64,000 nucleotides of DNA. Origin: an uncultured Planctomycetota bacterium (GTDB lineage Bacteria; Planctomycetota; Planctomycetia; Isosphaerales; Isosphaeraceae). Where the stretch lies: contig CAVTTN010000002.1 of the NCBI GenBank assembly GCA_963737655.1, positions 1,504,001 through 1,568,000 of the forward strand. The letters run 5' to 3'. Below the pieces are notes generated by a model. That model was not told the DNA's origin. It made no database searches and was given only the letters and a program-made list of their open reading frames with translations. Positions 22,061 to 31,813 of the stretch are shown in pieces. The translations under genes were made by a program, and so were the position numbers. The stretch's first letter is position 1; each line of letters starts with the position of its first letter.

Positions 22061-25000
22061 ATGTCCGTCGCCCTCTCCGACCTTCCCGAAACGGGCCAGC
22101 TCGTGCAGGTGCGGTCCCGTCGATGGGTGGTGAATCAGGTGAAACCGAGCGGTCTGCCCGCCCCGGCGATGAGGCTGCCCGTCGCCGGGCCGCAGCACCT
22201 CCTGACGCTCGCCTCCGTCGAGGACGACGGGCTGGGCGAGGAGTTGCAGGTCGTCTGGGAGGTCGAGCCGGGGGCCAAGGTCATCGAGAAGGTGGCCCTG
22301 CCCGAGGCGACCGGCCTCGACGAGCCCGAGAAGCTCGACGCCTTCCTCGACGCCGTGCGCTGGGGTGCCGCCTCGACGGCCGACCACAAGAACATCCAGT
22401 CGCCGTTCCGCAGCGGCATCGAGATCGAGGACTACCAGCTCGACCCGGTGGTCCGGGCGATCCAGATGCCGAGGGTCAACCTGCTGATCGCCGACGACGT
22501 GGGCCTGGGCAAGACGATCGAGGCGGGCATGGTCGCCCTGGAGCTGATCATCCGCCACCGGGCCAGGAAGATCCTGGTCGTCTGCCCGTCCGCCCTGCAA
22601 ATCCAGTGGCGGGACCAGATGCGGGACAAGTTCGGCCTCGACTTCCGCATCGTGGACTCCGAGCTGATGCGTGACCTGCGACGGCGGCGGGGCATCCACG
22701 TCAACCCCTGGTCGCACTTCCCCCGGCTCATCACCTCGATCGACTTCCTCAAGCGGGAGCGTCCCCTTCGCCTCCTCCGGGAGACCCTGCCCGCCCCCGG
22801 CGAGCCGGTCTATCCCCGCAGGTACGACCTCCTGATCGTGGACGAGGCGCACAACTGCGCCCCATCCGGGGCCGGTCGGTACGCCGCCGACTCGCTGCGG
22901 ACGCAGGCGCTCCGGGAGCTGGCCCCGCACTTCGAGCACAAGCTCTTCCTGACCGCCACGCCGCACAACGGCTACCGGGAGAGCTTCGGGGCCCTCCTGG
23001 AGTTGCTCGACAACCAGCGGTTCTCCAGGGGGACCGAGCCGGACCGCAAGCAGCTCGATGCGGTGATGGTGCGCCGGCTCAAGAGCGACCCCGGTTTCGC
23101 CTTCAACCACTTGGGCCTCCGCCGGTTCCCGCCCCGCATCCTGGAACCGATCGAGGTTCCCTACACCGACGAGGAGAGACAGGTTCACGCCGCCCTCCGG
23201 CGCTACATCGAGTTGAGGACGAAGCGGGCGGAAGGCCCGGCCGAGCGGTTCGCCTCCGAGTTCGTGCTGAAGACGCTGAAGAAGCGGCTGTTCTCCTGCC
23301 CGGCGGCGTTCCTCACCACTCTGGAGCAGCATGAGCGGTCGCTGCACTCGGCCCGCAAGCGGGCCTCGGGGCCGAGCTATCGGACGTTGCAGCGGGAGCT
23401 GGACCTCATGGACGAGGACTACTCCGACGATGGCGAGTACGACCAGGCCACCGCCGACGCCCTGGACACGGCGACCCGCCTCTTCGCCGAGCCGACGGAG
23501 GAGGAGGAGGCCCTACTCCAGATGATGAAGGACTGGGCGAGGCGAGCCCGTGGCCAGCGGGATTCCAAGGCCCGGCAGCTCGTGGCGTGGCTGAACCAGC
23601 ACCTCAAGCCGGGCGGCAAGTGGTCGAACGAGCGGGTCATCATCTTCACCGAGTACCGGGCGACCCAGACCTGGCTCCAGGAAGTGATGTCGGTCGAGGG
23701 GTTCACCGACGGCGACCGGCTCCTGACGATGTACGGCGGGATGGACTCGGAGAAGCGGGAGGAGGTCAAGGCGGCCTTCCAGACCTCCCCCGAGATCAGC
23801 CCGGTCTGCATCCTCCTGGCGACCGACGCCGCCTCGGAGGGCCTCGACTTCCAGAACTTCTGCCACCGGCTGATCCACTACGAGATCCCCTGGAACCCGA
23901 ACCGGATGGAGCAGCGGAACGGGCGGGTGGACCGCCACGGCCAGAAGGCGAGCGAGGTGCTCGTCTACCACTTCGTCGGCAAGGGGTACAGGGAGCGGGC
24001 CGCACGCCAGTTCGGCGGCACGGTGTCGGAGATGGAGGCCGACCTGGAGTTCCTGATGCGGGTGGCCCTGAAGGTGGAGACCATCCGGGAAGACCTGGGG
24101 AAGGTCGGCATGGTCATCGCCGAGCAGGTCCAGGAGGCGATGCTCGGGCGGCGGACGACGCTGAGCACCGAGAAGGCCGAGAAGGAGTCGGAGCCGATCC
24201 GCCGGATGCTCCGGTTCGAGCGGGACTTGCAGAAGCAGGTCCAAGCCCTCATGCAGCAGTACCGGGAGACCCGCAAGGAACTCCGGCTCTCGCCCGAGAA
24301 CATTGGCAAGGTGGTCGAGGTCGGCCTGGCCCTGGCGGGTCAGCCGCCGCTCGTCCTGGCCAGGACTCAGGACGGCAAGCCCTGCTTCCGGCTGCCGCCG
24401 TTGCGGGGGAGCTGGGCGGCCTGCACGGAGGGGCTGGAGCACCCGCACACGAAGGAGATACGCCCCGTCACGTTCGACGAGTCGGTCTCCAGGGGGCGGG
24501 ACGACGTGGTGCTGGCGCACCTGAACCACCGGCTGCCCCAGATGTGCCTGCGGCTGCTACGGGCCGAGGTCTGGGCGGAGCGGGGGCGGTCGAAGCTCCA
24601 CCGGGTCACGGCCCGAGTGGTGCCGAACGACGTGCTCGATAGCCCGGCCGTCGTTGCCCACGCCCGCCTGGTCGTCATCGGCGGCGACAGCCACCGGCTC
24701 CACGAGGAGGTCATTGCGGCGGGCGGGCTGATCAAGGACGCCCGCTGGGGAGGGCGGCTCAACGTCGGCCAGGTCGAGGCGGCGCTGGCCGGGGCGACGG
24801 GCGACGAGCCCTCGGAGCGGGTCCGGGCCAAGTTGTTCGAACTCTATCCCGCCCTGGCGTCCTCGCTGGCGTCGGCCCTGGAAGCCCGCATGAAGGACCG
24901 GGTGGAGGGCCTCCAGAAACGACTGGCGGAGCGGGCCGACAAGGAGGCCGGGGATATCGGGACGATCCTCACGGAATTGAGGAGGTCCATCGAAGCCGAG

Positions 25001-25213
25001 CTGAACGACCCGGTGTACATCCAGCCGATGCTCTTCGACGACCCGGAGATGGAGCGGTTCGAGCGGAACAAGGAGGCGATGCGGGCCAGAGTGCGGGAGA
25101 TCCCCGGCGAGATTGAGCGGGAGACCGCAGCGATCCGGGCGAGGTTCGCTAATCCGCAGGCTCGGATGTTCCCGGTGGCGGTGACGTTCTTGGTTCCCAG
25201 ACAGATGGCCTAG
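22061..25213 (+). CDS. drmD: DISARM SNF2-like helicase DrmD
   Basis: ADDVGLGKT, DEAH, LTATPH and QRNGRVDRHGQ; first gene of the drm cluster. Confidence 0.92.
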   Translation: MSVALSDLPETGQLVQVRSRRWVVNQVKPSGLPAPAMRLPVAGPQHLLTLASVEDDGLGEELQVVWEVEPGAKVIEKVALPEATGLDEPEKLDAFLDAVRWGAASTADHKNIQSPFRSGIEIEDYQLDPVVRAIQMPRVNLLIADDVGLGKTIEAGMVALELIIRHRARKILVVCPSALQIQWRDQMRDKFGLDFRIVDSELMRDLRRRRGIHVNPWSHFPRLITSIDFLKRERPLRLLRETLPAPGEPVYPRRYDLLIVDEAHNCAPSGAGRYAADSLRTQALRELAPHFEHKLFLTATPHNGYRESFGALLELLDNQRFSRGTEPDRKQLDAVMVRRLKSDPGFAFNHLGLRRFPPRILEPIEVPYTDEERQVHAALRRYIELRTKRAEGPAERFASEFVLKTLKKRLFSCPAAFLTTLEQHERSLHSARKRASGPSYRTLQRELDLMDEDYSDDGEYDQATADALDTATRLFAEPTEEEEALLQMMKDWARRARGQRDSKARQLVAWLNQHLKPGGKWSNERVIIFTEYRATQTWLQEVMSVEGFTDGDRLLTMYGGMDSEKREEVKAAFQTSPEISPVCILLATDAASEGLDFQNFCHRLIHYEIPWNPNRMEQRNGRVDRHGQKASEVLVYHFVGKGYRERAARQFGGTVSEMEADLEFLMRVALKVETIREDLGKVGMVIAEQVQEAMLGRRTTLSTEKAEKESEPIRRMLRFERDLQKQVQALMQQYRETRKELRLSPENIGKVVEVGLALAGQPPLVLARTQDGKPCFRLPPLRGSWAACTEGLEHPHTKEIRPVTFDESVSRGRDDVVLAHLNHRLPQMCLRLLRAEVWAERGRSKLHRVTARVVPNDVLDSPAVVAHARLVVIGGDSHRLHEEVIAAGGLIKDARWGGRLNVGQVEAALAGATGDEPSERVRAKLFELYPALASSLASALEARMKDRVEGLQKRLAERADKEAGDIGTILTELRRSIEAELNDPVYIQPMLFDDPEMERFERNKEAMRARVREIPGEIERETAAIRARFANPQARMFPVAVTFLVPRQMA

Positions 25214-25233
25214 CGAGAGGGAACACAACTTAC

Positions 25234-25893
25234 ATGAGCGCTGCTTCAAAGCCGAGGGCGAGCGACGATGAAATTCTCCTGTTGATCTCAATTCGTCGGC
25301 GGACCGCTTGGGAGTCGATGCGGCAGATCGTGGAAGGCTTTGGAACGCCGCCCCATACGGTCCCTACTATTGATCTCCTTAATAATTATTTTGTGAACAA
25401 TGTTTTCTTTGTCGAATTGATGTTGAAATTGTTGTCAGGTAACTGGAAGTCGCACGATGTTGGCTCAATGTACCATTCCGTCTTTGAAAAACCCCATCAG
25501 TCGCCCCAGTTGATGAAAAACATCAAGGAGGCGATTATAAACCAAAAATACCTCTTTGAGCCCGCCTTGGGCTTGAGTGACAGCGTGCCAGAGTTGGAGG
25601 CACTACACGACGAGGTTCGGGCAAGGATTAAACAGAAGTTTCCCGATTTTTCCGTCAAGGCAACGGTTTCCCTCCCTAACAACTTCACGAAGTACATCCA
25701 GGACCATGCCGATAGGTTTTGCCGACTTCAATCGCCAACTTTCGGCCCACACAATCCTCCCCCCTCAGACTTCTGGGAAAAACATATCGCTGAATCGCAC
25801 GGTCAGCTCCAGCAAGTTCGCCAGGCATTCAAGAGTCATGGTGAAAAGCAAAAGACGTTCGACTTTATGACTCACATTGAGTCCCTGACGTAA
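25234..25893 (+). CDS. Low-GC hypothetical protein, HEPN-like
   Basis: 219-aa ORF filling the drmD-drmMI gap (20- and 15-bp spacers); VELMLKLL...SHDV resembles the HEPN E..LK...H signature. Confidence 0.6.
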   Translation: MSAASKPRASDDEILLLISIRRRTAWESMRQIVEGFGTPPHTVPTIDLLNNYFVNNVFFVELMLKLLSGNWKSHDVGSMYHSVFEKPHQSPQLMKNIKEAIINQKYLFEPALGLSDSVPELEALHDEVRARIKQKFPDFSVKATVSLPNNFTKYIQDHADRFCRLQSPTFGPHNPPPSDFWEKHIAESHGQLQQVRQAFKSHGEKQKTFDFMTHIESLT

Positions 25894-25908
25894 TTTGGAA
25901 GCCAAGCA

Positions 25909-28900
25909 ATGTCCATCGCCCGCCACCATGCCGAATGGCTCTCGCTCGTGCCGGTCTCGGGGCCGTTCCTGAGTCTCCCGGTGCTGATGGAGGCGTTCAA
26001 CGCCGGTCTGGAGCCCCACGACCCGGATCATTCCCGACTGCTGCGCCAGGAGTACGGGAACTGGCTGGAGGCGGTGGAGAAGCGGCGGGGCGACCCGGCA
26101 CCGCATCAGCAGTGGATCAGGTTCGTCCTGGGTGGGACGCTCGGCCTGGACGACCAGACGCTCGTCGAGGGGCAGGCGATCCCGCAGACGTTGCAGGTGG
26201 AGGTTCCCGAGCATCACGAGTTGCTGAGGCCCAGCCTCGTCGTGGTCGATCCGGGGACGAAGACGCCTCGGATGCTGGTGAAGACGTATCCGAGGTCGCA
26301 GGAACTCACCAGTTACGTGGCCGGGTCGCCGTGGAAGGCTTCGCCGGATACCCGGATGACGGAGTTGCTCCACGGGACGGGCGTGCGGCTGGGGCTGGTC
26401 ACTAACGGCGAGCACTGGATGCTGGTGGATGCCCCGAAGGGGGAGACCACCGGGTATGCCTCGTGGTATGCGAACCTCTGGCTGGATGAGCCGATCACGT
26501 TGCGGGCGTTTCGGAGTTTGCTGGGGTCGGATCGGTTCTTCAACGTCGAGGACGACAAGACGCTCGAAGCGTTGTTGAAGAAGAGTGCCTCGAACCAGCA
26601 GGAGGTCACCGAGCAGCTCGGCTATCAGGTGCGGCGGGCGGTCGAGGTGCTGATCCACTCGCTCGACCGGGCCGACCAGGACTTTGGACGGGAGCTGCTG
26701 GCCGGGGTGAAGGAGGGGGTGCTCTACGAGTCGGCGCTGACGGTCATGATGCGGCTCGTGTTCCTGTTCTGTGCCGAGGAGCGGGAGCTGATCCCCAGCA
26801 AGCCGTTCCCGGTCTACGAGCAGAACTACTCCGTCTCGATGATCAGCAAGCAGTTGCGGGAGCTGGCCGACCAGCACGGCGAGGAGCTGCTCGAACGACG
26901 GTTTGACGCATGGCCCCGGCTCCTGGCGGCGTTCCGGGCGGTCTTCGGGGGGCTGGAGCACGACGACGCCCACATCCCGGCCTACGGGGGTAGCCTGTTC
27001 AACCCCGACCGCTTCCCGTTCCTCGAAGGCCGCAAGGCGGAGACGACCTGGCGGGACGACGAGACGAGTCCGCTGCCGGTCAACAACCGAACGGTGCTGC
27101 ACCTGCTTGAGGCCCTCCAACTCTTGCAGATCCGGGTTCCGGGGGGCGGCCCCGCCGAGGCACGGCGGGTCAGCTTCCGGGCGCTGGACATCGAGCAGAT
27201 CGGCCACGTCTACGAGGGCCTCCTGGATCACACCGCCAAGCGTGCGGGCGAGCCGTATCTGGGGCTGGCGGGGACTCGGGACAAGGAGCCGGAGATCACG
27301 CTGGCCGAGCTGGAGCGGCTGGCGGCGAATGGGGAGGCCGATCTGGTCAAGTTCCTCAAGGAGGAGACGGGCCGGTCGGAGTCCGCCCTCAAGAAGGGGC
27401 TCAAGGCCGAGATCGACGACGGGCTCGCCCGCCTCTTTTGGACCGCCTGCCAGGGGGACGAGGCGTTGTGGGGGCGGGTACGGCCGTTCGTCGGTCTGGT
27501 GCGGCTCGACAACTTAGGCTACCCGGTCGTCATCCCGAAGGGGAGCGTCTTCGTCACGGCGGGGACCGACCGCCGCAGTTCGGGCACGCACTACACGCCC
27601 CGCAGCCTCACGGAGCCGATCGTCCAGTACACGCTGGAGCCGCTAGTCTACTTCGGCCCGGCGGAAGGCATTCCGAAGGAGGAGTGGACGCTCCGGCCGG
27701 CGGCCGAACTGCTCGACCTGAAGGTCTGCGACATGGCGTGCGGGTCGGGGGCGTTCCTGGTCCAGGCGTGCCGCTACTTGTCGGAGCGGCTGGTGGAGGC
27801 GTGGGAGGAGGCCGAGGCACGGCATCCGGGGGTGCCGGGGATCACGCCCGAGGGGCACGCCTCGACGGGCCAGCCGGGGGAGATGCTGATCCCGAACGAG
27901 CCGGAGGAGCGGCTGGCCTACGCCCGGCGGCTGGTGGCCCAGCAATGCCTCTACGGCGTGGACAAGAACCCGCTCGCCGCCGAGATGGCCAAGCTGTCGC
28001 TGTGGCTGCTGACCCTGGCCAAGGACAAGCCGTTCACGTTCCTCGACCACGCCATCCGGTCCGGCGACTCGCTTGTGGGCATCTCGACGACCAACCAGTT
28101 GACGACCTTCTCGCTGAACGAGCAAGGGACCTCGACCCTCGGCGGCATCCTCATCAAGAAGCTGGACGCCCTCAAGCTGTTGCGAGAACAACTGGCCCAC
28201 CTGCCGAACAACGACGCCGCCGACGTCGAGCGGAAGGAGCGGATGTTCGGCCACGTCCAGGATCAGACCAAACGCCTGACCTATGCGGCCGACCTCCTGA
28301 TGGCAGCGTCCTGGAAGTCGATGCGGATCGAGGAACGGGAGCAACGCCTGAAGGAGACGCTATTTCAAGTCGATTACCGCATTAAGGAAGTAGACGCTGA
28401 GGAACTGGACGGAGAAGCCCGAGAAGCGTTGCGGAAGGAAGGAGTTCCCGCCCCGTTCCACTGGCCGCTGGAGTTCCCGGAGGCCCTCTTGCGAAAGGGG
28501 AAGCCGGGGTTCGACTGCTTCATCGGCAATCCGCCATTCATGGGAGGCCGATACATCAGTGGTGGCTTGGGGGAAGGCTACTTGGATTATCTGAAATCCT
28601 TCCTTGTATCAGACGTCAAGGGAAACTCGGATATTGTCGCCTACTTTTACACCAGGGCGCATTGCCTACTTCGTACCGGCGGCATTACGGGCTATGTCGG
28701 GACAAAGACTATTACGGAGGGTGACACCCTAGACGTCGGTCTGGCTAGGCTTGAACACAACGGTGCCGATTTCTTCTCAGCAGTGACATCTCGGAAGTGG
28801 CCCGGTTCCGCCTCAGTTATCTATGTGGCATTCCACTGGACGAAAGGTGAATGGCGAGGGCGACGAGACCTTGACGGGAAATCAGTAGATTACATAGGAC

Positions 28901-29952
28901 CGCAGCTTAATGGCATGCTTACCCTTAAGCCAATGAAACTGGCTCAAATGGTACGCTCGTATCAGGGTTCATACGTCCATGGCATGGGGTTTTTCCTGTC
29001 TGCTGATCAAAAATCGGCCATCATCGAGGCCGACGAACGCAGTGCGGGATGCATTTATCCTTGTTTGACTGCGAGCGAGTTCAACTCCTCTCCGACAATG
29101 CTTGGCGACAGGTTCGTTATTTACTTCGCTGACGCCACGGAAGAAGAAGCTGCTGCCTTCGGCGCAGCTTTTCGTCACGTCGAAGCTAACGTGAAGCCTG
29201 ATAGATTGAAAGTTGAAGGCTATTCTCTCGGGAAATACTGGTGGAGGTTCAAGTTTCCAACGGTGCCTTTGTACAAAGATATTTGGAAGGAACAGTCTGT
29301 TCTTGTTTGTCCTGTAGTGACAAAATATCTATCCTTTGCCTGGATTCCTTCCAGATTGGTCCTGCTAAACAAGATGTTTGCGTTCGTTGGTACATCAAAT
29401 AAGCATTTTGCCACACTTCAGAGTAGCCTCTACGATGTCTGGGCGAGGCATTGGTCGGGAAGCCTCGGCGAGACTTTGCAGTTCGCTCCCAGCGATTGTT
29501 TCGACAACTTTCCTTTTGCGTTTGATGACCTTGAAACCGAGCGAATCGCCGTCGATTATCATCTTCACAGAAGCAGCCTAATGCTTCGGGACCAAGAGGG
29601 TCTTACCAAGACCTACAACCGCTACCACACCCCCACCGAATCAGCCGACGGCATCCGGCATCTTCGAGACCTCCACGTCGAGATGGACCGGGCCGTCGCC
29701 GCCGCCTACGGCTGGTCCGACCTCGACCTCGGCCACGGCTTCCACGAGACGAAGCAGGGCCTCCGCTTCACGATCAGCGAGCCGGCCCGCCGTGACGTCC
29801 TCGCTCGCCTGCTTCGGCTGAACCACGAGCGGTACGCCGAGGAGGTCAAGCGGGGCCTCCACGCCAAGAAGAAGGCCAAGGCCCCCTCGGGTAAGCGGGG
29901 CAAGGCCAAGGCGGCGTCCGACGGCCCCGGCCTCTTCGACGAGGAGGGCTGA
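25909..29952 (+). CDS. drmMI: DISARM class I adenine methyltransferase DrmMI (Eco57I/type IIG-like)
   Basis: IGHVYEGLL, GTHYTP, DMACGSGAFL, catalytic GNPPF and a C-terminal target recognition region. Confidence 0.9.
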   Translation: MSIARHHAEWLSLVPVSGPFLSLPVLMEAFNAGLEPHDPDHSRLLRQEYGNWLEAVEKRRGDPAPHQQWIRFVLGGTLGLDDQTLVEGQAIPQTLQVEVPEHHELLRPSLVVVDPGTKTPRMLVKTYPRSQELTSYVAGSPWKASPDTRMTELLHGTGVRLGLVTNGEHWMLVDAPKGETTGYASWYANLWLDEPITLRAFRSLLGSDRFFNVEDDKTLEALLKKSASNQQEVTEQLGYQVRRAVEVLIHSLDRADQDFGRELLAGVKEGVLYESALTVMMRLVFLFCAEERELIPSKPFPVYEQNYSVSMISKQLRELADQHGEELLERRFDAWPRLLAAFRAVFGGLEHDDAHIPAYGGSLFNPDRFPFLEGRKAETTWRDDETSPLPVNNRTVLHLLEALQLLQIRVPGGGPAEARRVSFRALDIEQIGHVYEGLLDHTAKRAGEPYLGLAGTRDKEPEITLAELERLAANGEADLVKFLKEETGRSESALKKGLKAEIDDGLARLFWTACQGDEALWGRVRPFVGLVRLDNLGYPVVIPKGSVFVTAGTDRRSSGTHYTPRSLTEPIVQYTLEPLVYFGPAEGIPKEEWTLRPAAELLDLKVCDMACGSGAFLVQACRYLSERLVEAWEEAEARHPGVPGITPEGHASTGQPGEMLIPNEPEERLAYARRLVAQQCLYGVDKNPLAAEMAKLSLWLLTLAKDKPFTFLDHAIRSGDSLVGISTTNQLTTFSLNEQGTSTLGGILIKKLDALKLLREQLAHLPNNDAADVERKERMFGHVQDQTKRLTYAADLLMAASWKSMRIEEREQRLKETLFQVDYRIKEVDAEELDGEAREALRKEGVPAPFHWPLEFPEALLRKGKPGFDCFIGNPPFMGGRYISGGLGEGYLDYLKSFLVSDVKGNSDIVAYFYTRAHCLLRTGGITGYVGTKTITEGDTLDVGLARLEHNGADFFSAVTSRKWPGSASVIYVAFHWTKGEWRGRRDLDGKSVDYIGPQLNGMLTLKPMKLAQMVRSYQGSYVHGMGFFLSADQKSAIIEADERSAGCIYPCLTASEFNSSPTMLGDRFVIYFADATEEEAAAFGAAFRHVEANVKPDRLKVEGYSLGKYWWRFKFPTVPLYKDIWKEQSVLVCPVVTKYLSFAWIPSRLVLLNKMFAFVGTSNKHFATLQSSLYDVWARHWSGSLGETLQFAPSDCFDNFPFAFDDLETERIAVDYHLHRSSLMLRDQEGLTKTYNRYHTPTESADGIRHLRDLHVEMDRAVAAAYGWSDLDLGHGFHETKQGLRFTISEPARRDVLARLLRLNHERYAEEVKRGLHAKKKAKAPSGKRGKAKAASDGPGLFDEEG

Positions 29953-29955
29953 CCA

Positions 29956-31803
29956 TTGGACGTGTCGGAGTTGCTCAAGGCCCTCCCGCTCGGCGAGGAG
30001 AAGGACTGGGAGTTCAAGTCGGCCAGAGGTGGCGTCCCCCGCAGCATGTGGGAGACCTACTCGGCGATGGCCAACACGGACGGCGGCTGCATCGTCCTGG
30101 GCGTCGAGAACGACGGCTCGGTGAGCGGGCTCGCCAACCCGGCTCAGACGAAGAAGACGTTCTGGGACACGCTCAATGACCGGGGCAAGGTCAGCGTCAA
30201 CCTCCTCTCCGATGAGGACGCCCAGGCCGTCTCGGTCGGCGGCAAGTCCGTCCTGATGGTCCGGGTCCCGAGGGCCGATCGTCGTAAGCGGCCCGTGTAT
30301 GTCGGCCTGAACCCGCTGACCGGGACGTACCGGCGGAACTACGAGGGCGACTACCACTGCACGCCCGACGAGGTGGGCCGGATGCTCGCCGACCAGGCCG
30401 AGGAGCCGGCCGATAGCCGCATCCTGGAGCACTTCGGCCTCGATGACCTGGACGAGGCCAGCTTGCAGCAGTACCGCCAGCGGTTCTCGGCCCGAGCCCC
30501 GACCCACGCCTGGCTGTCCACGGACCCGAAGGTGTTCCTCGCCAAGCTCGGTGCCTGGCGGAAGGACCGGGCGACCAAGCAGGAGGGGCTGACCGTCGCC
30601 GGCCTGCTCATGTTTGGCAAGGACGAGGCCATCCGTGATCCCGCCGCCCTTCCCGGCTACCACCTCGATTACCGGGAGAAGCTCTCGACCGACCCGAGCG
30701 AGCGCTGGACCGATCGCCTGACGATCGACGGCACCTGGGTCGCCAACCTGTTCCAGTTCTACCAGCGGGTCGTGCAGCGGCTCACCGCCGACTTGAAGAT
30801 CCCGTTCCAACTGGAGGCGAACCTCGCCCGCAAGGACTTCACGATCGTCCACGAGGCCATCCGGGAGGCCCTGGCGAACGCCCTCATCCACGCCGACTAT
30901 CGGGGCCAGGGCGGCGTCGTGATCGAGAAGTACCGGGACCGCTTCGAGCTTTCGAACCCCGGCCCGCTGCTGCTCTCCCTCGACCAAATCTGGGCCGGGA
31001 GCGTCAGCGAATGCCGCAACAAGTCCCTCCAAAAAATGTTCTTCATGATCGGTGGCGGCGAGCAGGCCGGCTCGGGGATCGACAAGATCCGCCAGGGCTG
31101 GCAGTCGCAGCACTGGCGTCTTCCGAGCATCCGTGAGCAGGTCCAGCCCGACCGGGTGCGGGTCATCCTGCCGATGGTCAGCCTCCTGCCGGAAGATTCC
31201 CTGCGACGTCTCCGTAAGGTCTTTGGTGCCAAGTTCAACCGGCTGAATAGCGCCGAGGTCCAGGCCCTCGTGACCGCCGAACTCGAAGGTTCGGTCTCGA
31301 ACCGCCGCCTCCAGGAGATATGTGAGGAGCACCCCGCCGACCTGACGAAGCGCCTGCACGGGCTCGTGGCCAGGGGATTCCTGCGGCAGGACGGCCAGAA
31401 ACGGACGTCCTATCGCCTGCCGGGCTCTCCCGATCAGCGGCCCTTCGGGTTGTTACATTCGGGGACCGACTCCTCACACAAGGGGGACTCCTCACACAAC
31501 GGGCCGGAGGACTTGTCACACAAGCTGGACGAGCTTCCGCCCAAGGTGCTGGCGAAGCTGAAGGCGTTCGCCGCCCCGGCCCAGCAGAGCCCCCGCCTCC
31601 CCGTTGAGGAGACCCGCAAGGTCATCCAGCAGCTTTGCGAAGGGCGTTACTTCACGGCGGCGGACCTCGCCCAGTTGATGAATCGGAACCCGAACAGCCT
31701 GCGGAACCGCTTCCTCACGCCCATGGTCGATGAGGGCCTCCTGGAGCGGAAGTATTCGGAGGAGCCCAATCGGCCGGACCAGGCGTATACCACGAAGCGG
31801 TGA
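29956..31803 (+). CDS. Schlafen/AlbA_2 + HATPase_c_4 (RecG-C-like) + winged-helix protein
   Basis: EEKDWEFKSA and SAMANTDGG.IVLGV; REALANALIHADY, SNPG and GSGIDKI; C-terminal HTHs. TTG start 3 bp after the drmMI stop. Confidence 0.88.
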   Translation: MDVSELLKALPLGEEKDWEFKSARGGVPRSMWETYSAMANTDGGCIVLGVENDGSVSGLANPAQTKKTFWDTLNDRGKVSVNLLSDEDAQAVSVGGKSVLMVRVPRADRRKRPVYVGLNPLTGTYRRNYEGDYHCTPDEVGRMLADQAEEPADSRILEHFGLDDLDEASLQQYRQRFSARAPTHAWLSTDPKVFLAKLGAWRKDRATKQEGLTVAGLLMFGKDEAIRDPAALPGYHLDYREKLSTDPSERWTDRLTIDGTWVANLFQFYQRVVQRLTADLKIPFQLEANLARKDFTIVHEAIREALANALIHADYRGQGGVVIEKYRDRFELSNPGPLLLSLDQIWAGSVSECRNKSLQKMFFMIGGGEQAGSGIDKIRQGWQSQHWRLPSIREQVQPDRVRVILPMVSLLPEDSLRRLRKVFGAKFNRLNSAEVQALVTAELEGSVSNRRLQEICEEHPADLTKRLHGLVARGFLRQDGQKRTSYRLPGSPDQRPFGLLHSGTDSSHKGDSSHNGPEDLSHKLDELPPKVLAKLKAFAAPAQQSPRLPVEETRKVIQQLCEGRYFTAADLAQLMNRNPNSLRNRFLTPMVDEGLLERKYSEEPNRPDQAYTTKR

Positions 31804-31813
31804 GGAGACGGCC

